DNA of 56,260 nt, taken from assembly GCA_900553285.1 (NCBI GenBank), contig USCX01000001.1:1-56260 (forward strand), in the 5' to 3' direction. How positions within the stretch are numbered: position 1 is the first letter of the stretch; the number at the start of each line of letters is the position of its first letter. Below are positions 10,523-20,602 of this stretch, in pieces. The position numbers were made by a program, and so were the translations under genes. The stretch is from an uncultured Prevotella sp. Lineage in GTDB: Bacteria; Bacteroidota; Bacteroidia; Bacteroidales; Bacteroidaceae. The notes beneath the pieces are model-generated. The model was not told the origin of the DNA and ran no database searches. It was given only the letters and a program-made list of their open reading frames with translations.

Positions 10523-11670
10523 TTTTCTTTTCTGTGGTCCTCAACCACCATCAGGCACCGGTGGCCGATGCACTGTGGAGATTGTGTGACAGGCAATATA
10601 CTTTTGTTGAGCTGACGCCTCTTGCCGATGCCAAGGGGGCAGTTTCGGACTATTCGCAGCGCCCTTACTTGCTGCGTGCATGGGAGAGCGATAAAGCTTA
10701 CGCTAAGGCGATGGAACTTGCGAAAACTGCCGCAGTGTGCGTTTTTTCTGGCGTTGCTTCCCTTCCTTTTGAGACGGCGAGAATGAGGCTCGGCCGACTG
10801 AGTTTTGATATGGGTGAACGCTGGCTGAAACGCGGATGGAAAAGTCTATTGTCACCGAACCTGCTCAAGTGGCGTCTTGCTTATACGTTGGGCGGTTGGG
10901 GGCGAAAACCGCTCTACAAACTTTGTTGCTCGGCTTTCTGTGCAGCGGACCATTATAGACTGCATACGTTCAGAAACAAGTGCTATAAATGGGGCTATTT
11001 TACGAGCGTAGCGAAAAATTGTGTTGAAGCATTCCCGGATGTTCCAATACCACTTATGTGGTGTTCAAGATATTTGGTGTTAAAACATCCGGAGTTGCCA
11101 GTGCTCATGGCCCACAGGCTCAGACGTCAAGGTTATCGCTTCCGGCTTGATATGTATGGAAGTGGGCCGTATGAGGGCGCTACGCAACAACTTGCTAAGA
11201 AACTTGGAGTGGACGACGTCGTTCGTTTTGTAGGTGTAAAGCCTAACGACGAATTGTTGTCGGATATGCGCAGGCATGAGATATTTCTTTTCACGAGCGA
11301 CCGGAACGAGGGGTGGGGAGTCGTGGCGAATGAGAGTATGGCCAACGGGTGTGTGTTGGTTGCGAGTGACGGTATAGGCAGTTCGCGGTATTTGGTGGAG
11401 GACGGACAGACAGGCTTGTTGTTCCGTAGTCCTCTGGTTTCGAGCGGAATTGCTCATCCAGACAGTGCCGCTTTGGATTCGTTGTGTGAGAAAGTCGCGT
11501 ATTTACTTAGGCACTCCGCTGAACGGCGTGCAATGCGTCAGCGTTCGTTGTCATTGATGCAAAACGTATGGAATCCGCAAGTCGCGGCAGAACGGCTGCT
11601 TGTTTTGATTGACCTGTTACAAGCAGATAAGGATACAATTTACGAGAATGGTCCTTGTTCCAAGGCTTAA
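10513..11670 (+). CDS. Glycosyltransferase family 4
   Basis: EGWGVVANESMANG, VEDGQTG. Confidence 0.9.
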   Translation: MRIVFFSVVLNHHQAPVADALWRLCDRQYTFVELTPLADAKGAVSDYSQRPYLLRAWESDKAYAKAMELAKTAAVCVFSGVASLPFETARMRLGRLSFDMGERWLKRGWKSLLSPNLLKWRLAYTLGGWGRKPLYKLCCSAFCAADHYRLHTFRNKCYKWGYFTSVAKNCVEAFPDVPIPLMWCSRYLVLKHPELPVLMAHRLRRQGYRFRLDMYGSGPYEGATQQLAKKLGVDDVVRFVGVKPNDELLSDMRRHEIFLFTSDRNEGWGVVANESMANGCVLVASDGIGSSRYLVEDGQTGLLFRSPLVSSGIAHPDSAALDSLCEKVAYLLRHSAERRAMRQRSLSLMQNVWNPQVAAERLLVLIDLLQADKDTIYENGPCSKA

Positions 11671-11686
11671 CGATAATATGATTGAG

Positions 11687-12835
11687 ATGAGAATTCTTCA
11701 AACCATTGCAGGCTTGTCGACTCATAGCGGTGGCACCTCCACCTGCACTTATGACTTGCTGAAAGCTTTGCATGAAATCGGTTGTGATGTGGACTTGATG
11801 ACACTTGCGAGCGACGACATGCTCGGAAACGGTGAGAAATGGATAAAAGCCTTATACGACGATGCCATAACTCCCTATGGTTATTCACGCAATATAAATC
11901 GTTTTTTGCAGCAGAGCGATTATGATATTTATCATACCAACGGAATGTGGATGCATTGTAACCACGCCACTTGTTCGGTGGCGCGTCGCAAGAGGAGACC
12001 TTACGTTCTCACGCCCCACGGAATGCTTTACCCTGATGCTCTGCGCCGTTCTTATTGGAAAAAATGGCCGCTTGTCAAGCTCTTTTTTGAGAACGATGTG
12101 CGTCGGGCCTGTTGTCTGCATGTCACGTGCAAGGCCGAGATGGACAATGTGCGTGCGTTTGGTTATCGTGGTCTGGTGGCCGTCATTCCTAATCCGGCCA
12201 ATCTTCCGGATTATTTGGAAGAGATAGCGTCAGGCAAGCCCCGTTTAATAGGAGGCGGCCTTCCAAGGACGTTTGGCTTTCTCGGGAGGTTACATCCCAT
12301 AAAGAAAGTTGAGAACCTTCTTTATGGGATAGCTTTGCTGCCTCGCGACGCAGAATTCGAACTCGTGATTATGGGTAAAGGTGACAACGGTTACGAGCAC
12401 TTTCTGCGTGGAGAAGTTGAAAGGCTAGGGTTGGAGCGTAGAGTGAGATTTCGAGGGTTTGTTTACGGTCGCGATAAGTATGAACAACTTGTGCGTTTGT
12501 CGTGTCTTTTCGTGCCAAGTGATTTTGAGAACTTTGGCATGATTGTGACCGAATCTCTTGCTGTGGGAACGCCTGTCATGGCGAGCCTCGGTACCCCGTG
12601 GGAAGAACTGAATGAAGCAGGATGCGGATGGTGGACAGAACGTACGCCTGAAAACATCGCTCGTGTGATGAAGCAAGTGCTCGAAATGCCAGCATCGGAA
12701 TTGCTAGATATGGGCATCGCTGGGCGGACTTTGGTCGCTGAGAAATATGCGGCTTCCAAGGTGGCTCAAATGATGCGCCAGCTTTACGAGTGGATATTGA
12801 CAGGAGGAACTAAACCAGACTTTGTGTATGAATGA
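11687..12835 (+). CDS. Glycosyltransferase family 4
   Basis: TPHGML, LGRLHPIK, ENFGMIVTESLAVGTPV. Start at 11678 or 11687. Confidence 0.9.
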   Translation: MRILQTIAGLSTHSGGTSTCTYDLLKALHEIGCDVDLMTLASDDMLGNGEKWIKALYDDAITPYGYSRNINRFLQQSDYDIYHTNGMWMHCNHATCSVARRKRRPYVLTPHGMLYPDALRRSYWKKWPLVKLFFENDVRRACCLHVTCKAEMDNVRAFGYRGLVAVIPNPANLPDYLEEIASGKPRLIGGGLPRTFGFLGRLHPIKKVENLLYGIALLPRDAEFELVIMGKGDNGYEHFLRGEVERLGLERRVRFRGFVYGRDKYEQLVRLSCLFVPSDFENFGMIVTESLAVGTPVMASLGTPWEELNEAGCGWWTERTPENIARVMKQVLEMPASELLDMGIAGRTLVAEKYAASKVAQMMRQLYEWILTGGTKPDFVYE

Positions 12836-13382
12836 GACAAAGATTGATCTGTCCAAGTATCATAATGCTTTGAGCCGCAAGAACCAAATTATTCGTATGC
12901 TGTGGACTGTGGTGTGGAGCATCTTTGCTCGACCGTTGCCTCGCAGTGTGGGTAACGGGTGGAAGCGGTTCTTGCTTCGCCTGTTTGGAGCGAGGATTGC
13001 ACAGACGGCAATAGTCTATTCTTCGGCTAGGGTGTATTATCCTGCCAATCTTGTGATGGGGGATTATTCGTGTTTAGCCTCTGATGTAGACTGCTATAAC
13101 GTAGCACAAGTAACCATCGGGGAGAATACTACTGTTTCGCAAGCAGCATTTCTCTGTACGGCAAGTCATGACATAACCAATCCGTTGAACCCGCTTATCA
13201 CAGCTCCGATCACGATAGGAGACCAAGCATGGATAGCTGCCGGGGCATTCGTCGGCATGGGAGTTACTATCGGCCAAGGAGCCGTAGTCGGTGCGCGGGC
13301 TGCTGTGTTTAAGAACGTCGACTCTTGGACGGTGGTAGGAGGGAATCCTGCAAAGTTTATTAAAAAGCGAATACTGAGATAA
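12828..13382 (+). CDS. WcaF-like hexapeptide-repeat O-acetyltransferase
   Basis: LLRLFGARI, LCTASHD, hexapeptide repeats, VVGGNPAKFIK. Confidence 0.85.
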   Translation: MNETKIDLSKYHNALSRKNQIIRMLWTVVWSIFARPLPRSVGNGWKRFLLRLFGARIAQTAIVYSSARVYYPANLVMGDYSCLASDVDCYNVAQVTIGENTTVSQAAFLCTASHDITNPLNPLITAPITIGDQAWIAAGAFVGMGVTIGQGAVVGARAAVFKNVDSWTVVGGNPAKFIKKRILR

Positions 13383-13384
13383 CT

Positions 13385-13940
13385 ATGGCTATTTTCAATC
13401 CCGTACAAACGAATACCATGCCAAAGAAGGATAAAATGAAGAACTTGGCATGGAAAGTTGTGAACAATACGATGTTCAGATTTACCCCCCCCCTATTGGG
13501 CTTTTTTTAGGAAATGGAGAGTTCTGTTGGTCAGATGCTTTGGTGGAAAAATTGATTGGAAAGCTTCGCTGCATCCGACAGCTGTAATCGATTATCCGTG
13601 GAATTTGCGAATGGGTGCGAAGTCTTCCTTGGGCGAAAGGTGTTGGGTATATGCAATGGCCGATATATCCATAGGTGAGTTTTCTTGTATAGGCAAGGAT
13701 GTGTACTTGCTTACGGGAAGCCATGACATCACACATCACACATTTGACCTGATTACTAAACCCATTACCATCGGTGACGGATGCTGGCTTGCTACTTCGT
13801 CTACCATATTACCTGGCGTCTCTATTGGTGATTATAGTGTGGTTGCTGCTGGTTCGGTGGTCGTGAAATCCATAGAAGCCCATAGCGTCGTTGGCGGCAA
13901 TCCGGCCAAGTTCATCAGAAAGCGCATTATTGAGGAATAA
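13385..13940 (+). pseudogene. Second WcaF-like O-acetyltransferase, frameshifted at C9/T7 runs
   Basis: ATG 13385 reads MAIFNPVQ...FRFTPPLLGFF to stop 13508-13510. The +1 frame continues RKWRVLLVRCFGGKID...LLTGSHD...VVGGNPAKFIR. C9 is at 13485-13493 and T7 at 13502-13508. Confidence 0.8.
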
Positions 13941-14016
13941 TCCTCTTTTCAAAACTTTTAATCGGTTTGTACCGGAATGAGATCCATTATGGGTACAGCT
14001 ATATCGTTCTTTTCTT

Positions 14017-14919
14017 ATGCTTGACCTTTCTGTCATTATTCTTACCTACAATGAAGAAATTCACATCCGGCGGTGCTTGGAGAATGTCGCATTGTTTGCC
14101 AAGGCAATTTATGTAGTGGACTGTTTTTCCACGGACAAGACAGTGGAAATAGCCCAATCTCTCGGCGCGAAGGTAGTAGCACACAAATGGCCAGGCAATC
14201 AGGCCGAGCAATTCAATTGGGCGTTGGCCCATCTGCCTATTTCCACTGCGTGGGTGTTGCGCCTCGATGCCGACGAATATCTCCTGCCCGAATTGGTGCA
14301 GGAACTGCAAGAGAAGTTGCCCTCGCTGCCCAGCGACGTGACGGGCATCATCTTCAAGCGGCGTCACATCTTCATGGGCCAATGGATGAAACGGGGCATC
14401 TATCCCGTGAAACTCCTGCGGGCTTTCCGTTTCGGCAAGGGGATGTGCGAGCAACGGCTGATGGACGAGCACATCCAACTCTCCGAAGGCCGGGCCGTAG
14501 AGTTTGAGCACGACTTCTGCGACCACAACCTGAACAATTTGTCGTGGTTTTGCCACAAGCACGTGAACTATGCCATCCGTGAGGCGGTAGAACTGCTCGA
14601 TATAGAATTTGATTTGACCGGTTCGTCCAAGACGGATTCAGAGTTGAACACCAGTCCGCAAGCTTTGACGAAACGTATGGAGAAGCATAAGTATGCTCAG
14701 TTACCGCTGTTCTGGCGGTCGTTCGCCTACTTCTGTTACCGCTATTTTATAAAGTGGGGGATTCTTGACGGGCGTGAGGGCTTCTTATGGCATTTCTTGC
14801 AAGGCTGGTGGTACAGGACGCTGGTCGATGCTAAGGTTTTCGAGATAAAGAAACAGTGCGGTCATGACTCCGAAAAGATAAAGACATTGTTGAAGCGTGA
14901 TTATAATATCACGTTGTAA
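14017..14919 (+). CDS. Glycosyltransferase family 2
   Basis: SVIILTYNEE, VDCFSTD, LRLDADE. Confidence 0.9.
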   Translation: MLDLSVIILTYNEEIHIRRCLENVALFAKAIYVVDCFSTDKTVEIAQSLGAKVVAHKWPGNQAEQFNWALAHLPISTAWVLRLDADEYLLPELVQELQEKLPSLPSDVTGIIFKRRHIFMGQWMKRGIYPVKLLRAFRFGKGMCEQRLMDEHIQLSEGRAVEFEHDFCDHNLNNLSWFCHKHVNYAIREAVELLDIEFDLTGSSKTDSELNTSPQALTKRMEKHKYAQLPLFWRSFAYFCYRYFIKWGILDGREGFLWHFLQGWWYRTLVDAKVFEIKKQCGHDSEKIKTLLKRDYNITL

Positions 14920-15063
14920 CCTCTGTCTGAATGTTTGCCGGGATCTCCCTTCCTTCTTGTCTGAGGACAAACATGGTGAGGCACGATTGAGATTCTCGCT
15001 ATTCTTGCTTGTCCACCGAGGGCCGGTCTTGCTACCATTTGCTGATTTCACATCAACTGATTT

Positions 15064-15858
15064 ATGAAAATATCTGTCATCACCGCCACTTACAACAGCG
15101 GTGCCACTCTCCGCGATACGTTGGAAAGCGTGTTGAGGCAAAGCTTCCGTGACTTCGAACACATCGTGGTTGATGGAGAGTCCAAAGACAACACGCTCGA
15201 CATCGTACGGGAATATGAGCCGCGCTATGATGGCCGTTTGCGATGGGTCAGCGAGTCGGACAAGGGCCTTTATGATGCGATGAACAAGGGTATCCGCATG
15301 GCTGCGGGCGACGTGATAGGCATCCTCAATTCGGACGACTTTTATACCTCCAACGACGTATTGGAGTGCGTGGCAAAGACGATGGCTACACCAGATGTGG
15401 ATGCCGTGTACGGCGACATACATTTCGTGCGCGATGGCGACTTGTCGCGGTGTATCCGCTATTACACCTCCCGCCCATTCCGCCGCAGCTGGATGCGTTT
15501 CGGCTTCATGCCCGCCCACCCTTCGTTCTATTGCCGCAAAGCGGTCTACGAAAAATACGGCGTCTTCGACCTGTCCTACAAGGTAGCTGCGGACTTCGAG
15601 AACCTGCTGCGACTGATATTCGTCCACCGCATCAGTACCCGATATCTACACAAGGACTTCGTGACCATGCGCACGGGCGGGGCTTCCACCTCAGGGCTAT
15701 GCAGCCATGAGCAAATCATGTACGAACACTTGCGTGCCCTGAAACATAATAGCATCTATTCCAACCTGTTCTTCCTCGGGCTGCGCTACCCTTATAAAAT
15801 AGGCGAGATTCTTATGACAAGAATCAACAATATATTCAAACGTCACGACCGAGGATAG
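15064..15858 (+). CDS. Glycosyltransferase family 2 (WcaE-like)
   Basis: ISVITATYNS, VDGESKD, DKGLYDAMNKG, LNSDD, PAHPSF, AADFE. Confidence 0.9.
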   Translation: MKISVITATYNSGATLRDTLESVLRQSFRDFEHIVVDGESKDNTLDIVREYEPRYDGRLRWVSESDKGLYDAMNKGIRMAAGDVIGILNSDDFYTSNDVLECVAKTMATPDVDAVYGDIHFVRDGDLSRCIRYYTSRPFRRSWMRFGFMPAHPSFYCRKAVYEKYGVFDLSYKVAADFENLLRLIFVHRISTRYLHKDFVTMRTGGASTSGLCSHEQIMYEHLRALKHNSIYSNLFFLGLRYPYKIGEILMTRINNIFKRHDRG

Positions 15859-16837
15859 CTTGAATGTTTGCCGCCACAGAACGAGGATTATCCTGTCAAG
15901 TTGTTATAGGAAACATAGGGAAGGGATGTGTGAGTTCGTTCTTTGGTGGAACGTTTCTGTATCATGATTAGGAAAAGCATCAGTCACTCAGCGCATCTGC
16001 ATGGGGATGAGGCCTTGGCTTCTGTGAGTGTGGCTGGTCTTTCCGTGTAGGTCGGGAAAACGGAAAGAGGCTGTTAGTACCGTGTGAGTATATCAATAAA
16101 AGGAGCAGGATTTTTTAGTAGAGTCCGTCGTCTGTCTGTAACTTGTCGAGGTGCAGATGGACGACGGACGTTCGTAATGAATCCGCTTAACCATAGTCGG
16201 CGCGTCGTGACTTTACTTGGTCATCGAGGTGGTGAAGCGAATGGAGAGCTTCCCTTTTAAAGGGTACGTGCTCGGGTAAGAGCGTGTGGCAACATGGCCA
16301 GGAACGGAGAGCACGCTGGAACGCGCCGTTCGCCCGATGGAGGGAAGGACTGTCACTACTGATAGGATTTCTTGTCACTGCACATAGAAAACTCAGTCAC
16401 TGCATGCCAGAAAGTCGTCGTAAGGACTTTTTATGATGCCCGTTGTTACGGCGGGGCGTACCCACTTTTGCTAATTTTTGCTCCATCATCCCGTAATGTC
16501 GTTTTTAGATGACGTGTACTTTCTGTCGGCGCTTTAGGATTTTCTATTGCGTTGAAAGAAAATTCTATCACGTTGACGGTTTTTGCGCTCCGGGCGTGTG
16601 GAGGCGTGATACTCCTGCGTTTAGGCGTTCTCATAGAGGGTGGTTCCCGAAGCGTGATGCTGGTCGAGGGTATGATTGGCATTTTATATCCGCAATTGTA
16701 TGTTTAAGACGCCTGTTTCCGTATGGCCAATCCAGAGTGGCAAAACGGCAAGAGACGTGCATCACCGTTATCGCTATTTGCCGGACTTTCGCGGTCGTGT
16801 GAAAGTATTGAGAAATGGGGCAGTTGTGATTATCTGA

Positions 16838-16870
16838 CAAAAAGCCCTTGCGCCAGACGAGCGTAAGGGT
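16838..16870 (-). terminator. Intrinsic terminator of tRNA-Arg
   Basis: Minus strand CCCTTACGC..GCGCAAGGG stem (one mismatch) followed by a T-run. Confidence 0.6.
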
Positions 16871-16876
16871 AAATCG

Positions 16877-16951
16877 TGATTCCGCAGGGGTTCGAACCCT
16901 GGACCCACGCCTTAGAAGGGCGTTGCTCTAATCCAACTGAGCTACGGAACC
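16877..16951 (-). tRNA. tRNA-Arg(UCU)
   Basis: GGTTCCG/CGGAATC acceptor stem, anticodon loop CT-TCT-AA, GGTTCGAACC T-arm; upstream TAACTTTG -7 box. Confidence 0.95.
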
Positions 16952-16982
16952 GAACCGATTGCAAAGTTAATTCTTTTTATAC

Positions 16983-18668
16983 TTACAAGCAAACCTTTGG
17001 GGCGTTTTCTGCAATTTCTTGCGAGCGCGAAAGGTATAGTTGGTGGATTTGTGCGGCTGCAATCGTGTTTGCTTCTGGCGTAGTGAAGACTTCGAGTAGG
17101 GTAGGGCGGGGAAAGGTGGCCTTGGTCCAAAGAGGAAGAACTGTATCTAATTCGTCGAGTGTTGAGGCTGAGAAGTATACTAAATTGTAGGACTCAGCTA
17201 AACCTCGCGCCGTCGTATGGTGGCTGGCTGATATATATTTTCGGGCAGCCGGGCTATCGGTTAGCCCCGGGAGACTCTTGAAAATTTGTCCTCCTCCGTT
17301 GTTAAACAACAGGATATGGAGATTCCCTCCGAGTTCTGTGTTCCATAAAGCATTCTGGTCGTAAAAGAAACTGAGATCGCCGATGAAGCAGTAGACGGGG
17401 CTGTCGCAAACAAGGGCGTGGCCTACGGATGTGGAAAGAGTGCCTTCAATTCCGTTTGTGCCGCGGTTGCAATATATGTGGCCGGTAGGCGACTGGATGA
17501 AATGTAGAATGTTGCGTACGGGACTGCTATTGGCCATGTGAATGGCGGTGGCGGATGAAAGTTGTTTAAGGGCCGCTTGGGTGACGGTTAAATCGCTAAA
17601 TAATGTTGAAGTGTACGCGGAGCCAATGGAGCGGAAGGCCGATAATTTTTGTAACGCTTGGGTGACCTCTCTTTTCGTGTCCAGTTTTGCGATTATCTCA
17701 TTTAGCATGTGTAAAGCTGTGAGCGAATCGACGGGGATTACGTCCGTGAGGTGGTTAAATGTGTCGACTAAGTGTTTGTCTTTGGCCAAGCGAATGACAT
17801 CAACTTGCGATTGTCGTAGAAAAAGTTTGAGCTTTTTATTGACAAATGTTCCTCCGACGTGAAGGACGAGGTCCGGAGAAAAGAACTCCCCTGGATTTAA
17901 TTCTTCAATCACTTTTGTCCGGTACGATTCGGGTAATTGTGAAAGCACTTCCGGGAGAACGAGGATGGTTTGGTTTTCAACTAACGCACGGAATGTTTCA
18001 CTGTTAAAGTCTTCGTCAATTTGTCCGACGACGAGGATAGGGCAACGGGCATCTTTCAGCCGTTGTACGAGTGCTGTGGACCACGGGTGGGTTACATGCT
18101 CCCTGTGTAACCGGACAGGGCGAGCTAAGGGCAGGCAGGAGGTGGTAAAGTTGAATAACGGTTCGCTGATGGGAACGTTGAGGTGGACTGGGCCTTCGTG
18201 AAGAGATAATAACGCTTCGCTGAGCAGGCGCTTGGTCCATTTTTCAGTCGCGTCATTGGCAATTTCATGTATTTGCCCTTGAAAGACAGTATATTCGTTA
18301 AGTGCATGTTGTTGCGGGATGGTTTGCCCATCTTGTTGACCGATCCATTCAGGCGGGCGGTCTGCCGAAATGATGAGTAGGGGCAGATGTCTGTAAAACG
18401 CTTCGGCTGCGGCAGGGAGGGTGTTTAGCAAGGCAGAACCGGAGGTGACACAAACTGCCGCAGGTTTCCCTGTGGCCGCCGTAATGCCTAAGGCTACGAA
18501 GGCGGCACTACGCTCGTCAGTGACTGCATGGCAGGTTATTTCCGGGACAAGTGAAAAATTATGGACGAGAATGGCGTTGCGTGATCCTGGACAAACGACG
18601 ATGTGCCGGATGTCGTACGCCAAGAGGTAGGAGGTCAGAAGATTAACGTTGGGCTTATCGCAATACAT
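16983..18668 (-). CDS. menD: SEPHCHC synthase (menaquinone biosynthesis)
   Basis: VCPGSRN, DERSAAF, TSGSA, SADRP, NRGTNGIEG, GDLSFFYD..NNGGG. Start moved to 18668. Confidence 0.95.
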   Translation of the reverse strand: MYCDKPNVNLLTSYLLAYDIRHIVVCPGSRNAILVHNFSLVPEITCHAVTDERSAAFVALGITAATGKPAAVCVTSGSALLNTLPAAAEAFYRHLPLLIISADRPPEWIGQQDGQTIPQQHALNEYTVFQGQIHEIANDATEKWTKRLLSEALLSLHEGPVHLNVPISEPLFNFTTSCLPLARPVRLHREHVTHPWSTALVQRLKDARCPILVVGQIDEDFNSETFRALVENQTILVLPEVLSQLPESYRTKVIEELNPGEFFSPDLVLHVGGTFVNKKLKLFLRQSQVDVIRLAKDKHLVDTFNHLTDVIPVDSLTALHMLNEIIAKLDTKREVTQALQKLSAFRSIGSAYTSTLFSDLTVTQAALKQLSSATAIHMANSSPVRNILHFIQSPTGHIYCNRGTNGIEGTLSTSVGHALVCDSPVYCFIGDLSFFYDQNALWNTELGGNLHILLFNNGGGQIFKSLPGLTDSPAARKYISASHHTTARGLAESYNLVYFSASTLDELDTVLPLWTKATFPRPTLLEVFTTPEANTIAAAQIHQLYLSRSQEIAENAPKVCL

Positions 18669-18678
18669 TAGTGCGTAA

Positions 18679-19770
18679 TCATGATTTGTTGAAGAGGTTA
18701 AGCATCGTACGTAGTTTGCGTTGTGTCTCATTCCATTCATTCTCTTCTATACTGTCGGGCAGAAGTCCGCCACCCGCATAGCAGTGGATGGTTGACCCTC
18801 GGGCTTCCATACAGCGCAAAGACACGTAGAATGCACTTTCATCATTCATGCGGAGCGGACCGCTGAACCCAGCGTAATAACGACGATTGTGCGGTTCGGT
18901 TTCGCGTAAGAAATGCAGTGCCTCTGAGCGTGGTTGTCCGCATACAGCCGGTGTCGGGTGAAGTCTGTCGAGCAAGCGTTCAAGAGTCCATTCGGACGAT
19001 GTCGAAAATGTGATGTTCGTACGAAGATGCACTACGTTTGCCGCGCGGGCCGGAAGAGGCCTTCCTATATGTATAGAGGTGCAGATGTTTTCTAATTGAT
19101 TGCGCAAATATGTCGTGACGACGTCTTGTTCGCGTTTATCTTTTGCGCTCCATGTGTGTAAGTCTGGGTTCGCATTTTCTTCGTTCCATTCCATCGTTCC
19201 AGCCAACGACATGGTTTCCCACATGCGGGGAGTACCGGAAAGTAGCTTTTCGGGCGTGGCGGTGAGCCAACTACCTGTGACAGGTGACGACCAAAGGGAT
19301 ATGAATTGATGCGGGTAGGCTTGGCATGCTGTAAGAAAAAGTTGCAGTAGGGGAAGTTCCCGTGAGGCAGTATAATCAGCCCGCCTTGAAAGAACAAGTT
19401 TCTCAAATGCCCCATCTTTTAATGCCGCCGAACAGGTTTGAAAACATTGTCGGTACGCTGTGTGCCATTCCGCGAGAGCTCCTTCTTCCGCAAGCGGAAT
19501 GTCAATCGTGTTTGTCGTTGGCGGGCACGCGATATGCCTTACCTGGTCTGGGCGGATGACGACGATAGGCGTATCGCATTCTGCGTAAAAAGGAACGATT
19601 AAATACCCCGACAGTCCTTTGATTTCGGATAGCGACAAAAACGATGACGTAGAGGCATCGTTTTGAGCGATACATGTAAAATAAGTCGTATCAGGAAAAC
19701 GATAAAGTACAAAGGTGTACTTCATCATGGGCCTGATGAGCTGTGTCACTTTTTCCAGCTCGCTCAGCAT
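18679..19770 (-). CDS. menF: Isochorismate synthase
   Basis: KLVLSR, ATPEKL, SLAGT, LHPTPAVCG, VSLRC, AGGGL; directly upstream of menD. Confidence 0.9.
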   Translation of the reverse strand: MLSELEKVTQLIRPMMKYTFVLYRFPDTTYFTCIAQNDASTSSFLSLSEIKGLSGYLIVPFYAECDTPIVVIRPDQVRHIACPPTTNTIDIPLAEEGALAEWHTAYRQCFQTCSAALKDGAFEKLVLSRRADYTASRELPLLQLFLTACQAYPHQFISLWSSPVTGSWLTATPEKLLSGTPRMWETMSLAGTMEWNEENANPDLHTWSAKDKREQDVVTTYLRNQLENICTSIHIGRPLPARAANVVHLRTNITFSTSSEWTLERLLDRLHPTPAVCGQPRSEALHFLRETEPHNRRYYAGFSGPLRMNDESAFYVSLRCMEARGSTIHCYAGGGLLPDSIEENEWNETQRKLRTMLNLFNKS

Positions 19771-19780
19771 AGCTATCTAT

Positions 19781-20602
19781 TTAGTATTTATAGGTGACGG
19801 ATGCAGGTTTATTTTTGTAGCGGAAGTTGCAGAGCACGATGTTTTTCCCACTGGTGTCGGTCGAGTACTCGTATTCGATAGTGTAGTCTCGCTCAGGGTA
19901 AAGGCTGTAATTTATTTCCACTTTCCTGATGAGGTGCGTGTTGGCGCATCCCATTAACCCTGCATAATAAAGGTGCTCGAAACCGAGGCAGCCCATCTCA
20001 CGGGTGACTCCCTCCGGCAACAAACCGTTGACATTCAGATGATCGTCTGGCGTGAACGTCAGTATCACAGTATTGAGCGGGTTGTTTTCGTTTTCGATGT
20101 AAGTTATTTGGTGTATGTCTCCGTTCTCGTAAGTAAGCGAACCGGACGATGTGTATTGGGGAATAGGGGCGAAGCCGTCATCTACTGTGATTTTCCGCCA
20201 GTTGGAAAGACTTTTTCCCCAGTAGTTGAATTCGTAGATGTTATTGTCGACTGTGATGCGGCTAATCAGTTTGTCGCCGTTAAGGTCGATGGAATACTTC
20301 GATTTGCCGTCACCGGTCATGGATACACTTTGGGGGCCGTAGCCAAGAGTGAATGTAGACTCCAAAGTTGTGTTGTTGATATATGAAGTGCCTACGGCGC
20401 GTGTCAGTCGCCCTCCGGCGTAGGTGAGTTCCCAGTCACAGCAGTCGGGCAGGCTGCCATTGTGTATAATCGATTTGACGGCTGAACCTCCGTTTGTGGG
20501 TAGGGTCGGAAGTAATGCGGGCGCATCGTCATCGCTACATGCGCATAAGTTGACCATCAGCAATCCGGCAGCGAGAGTAGGTGCTATATGAACGAATTTC
20601 AT
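19781..20602 (-). CDS. Putative surface lipoprotein, beta-rich (DUF4595-like)
   Basis: Lipobox LCAC followed by acidic SDDD; Tyr/Thr-rich beta-strand pattern. Confidence 0.55.
   Translation of the reverse strand: MKFVHIAPTLAAGLLMVNLCACSDDDAPALLPTLPTNGGSAVKSIIHNGSLPDCCDWELTYAGGRLTRAVGTSYINNTTLESTFTLGYGPQSVSMTGDGKSKYSIDLNGDKLISRITVDNNIYEFNYWGKSLSNWRKITVDDGFAPIPQYTSSGSLTYENGDIHQITYIENENNPLNTVILTFTPDDHLNVNGLLPEGVTREMGCLGFEHLYYAGLMGCANTHLIRKVEINYSLYPERDYTIEYEYSTDTSGKNIVLCNFRYKNKPASVTYKY

Noticed and set aside
16187..16840. Short ORFs in the gap after the capsule locus
   Set aside because: Overlapping on both strands, non-protein-like composition, no motifs.
15859..16951. tRNA-Arg as an integration site for the capsule locus
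   Set aside because: No integrase and no duplicated tRNA 3' end seen; the tRNA's terminator follows directly.
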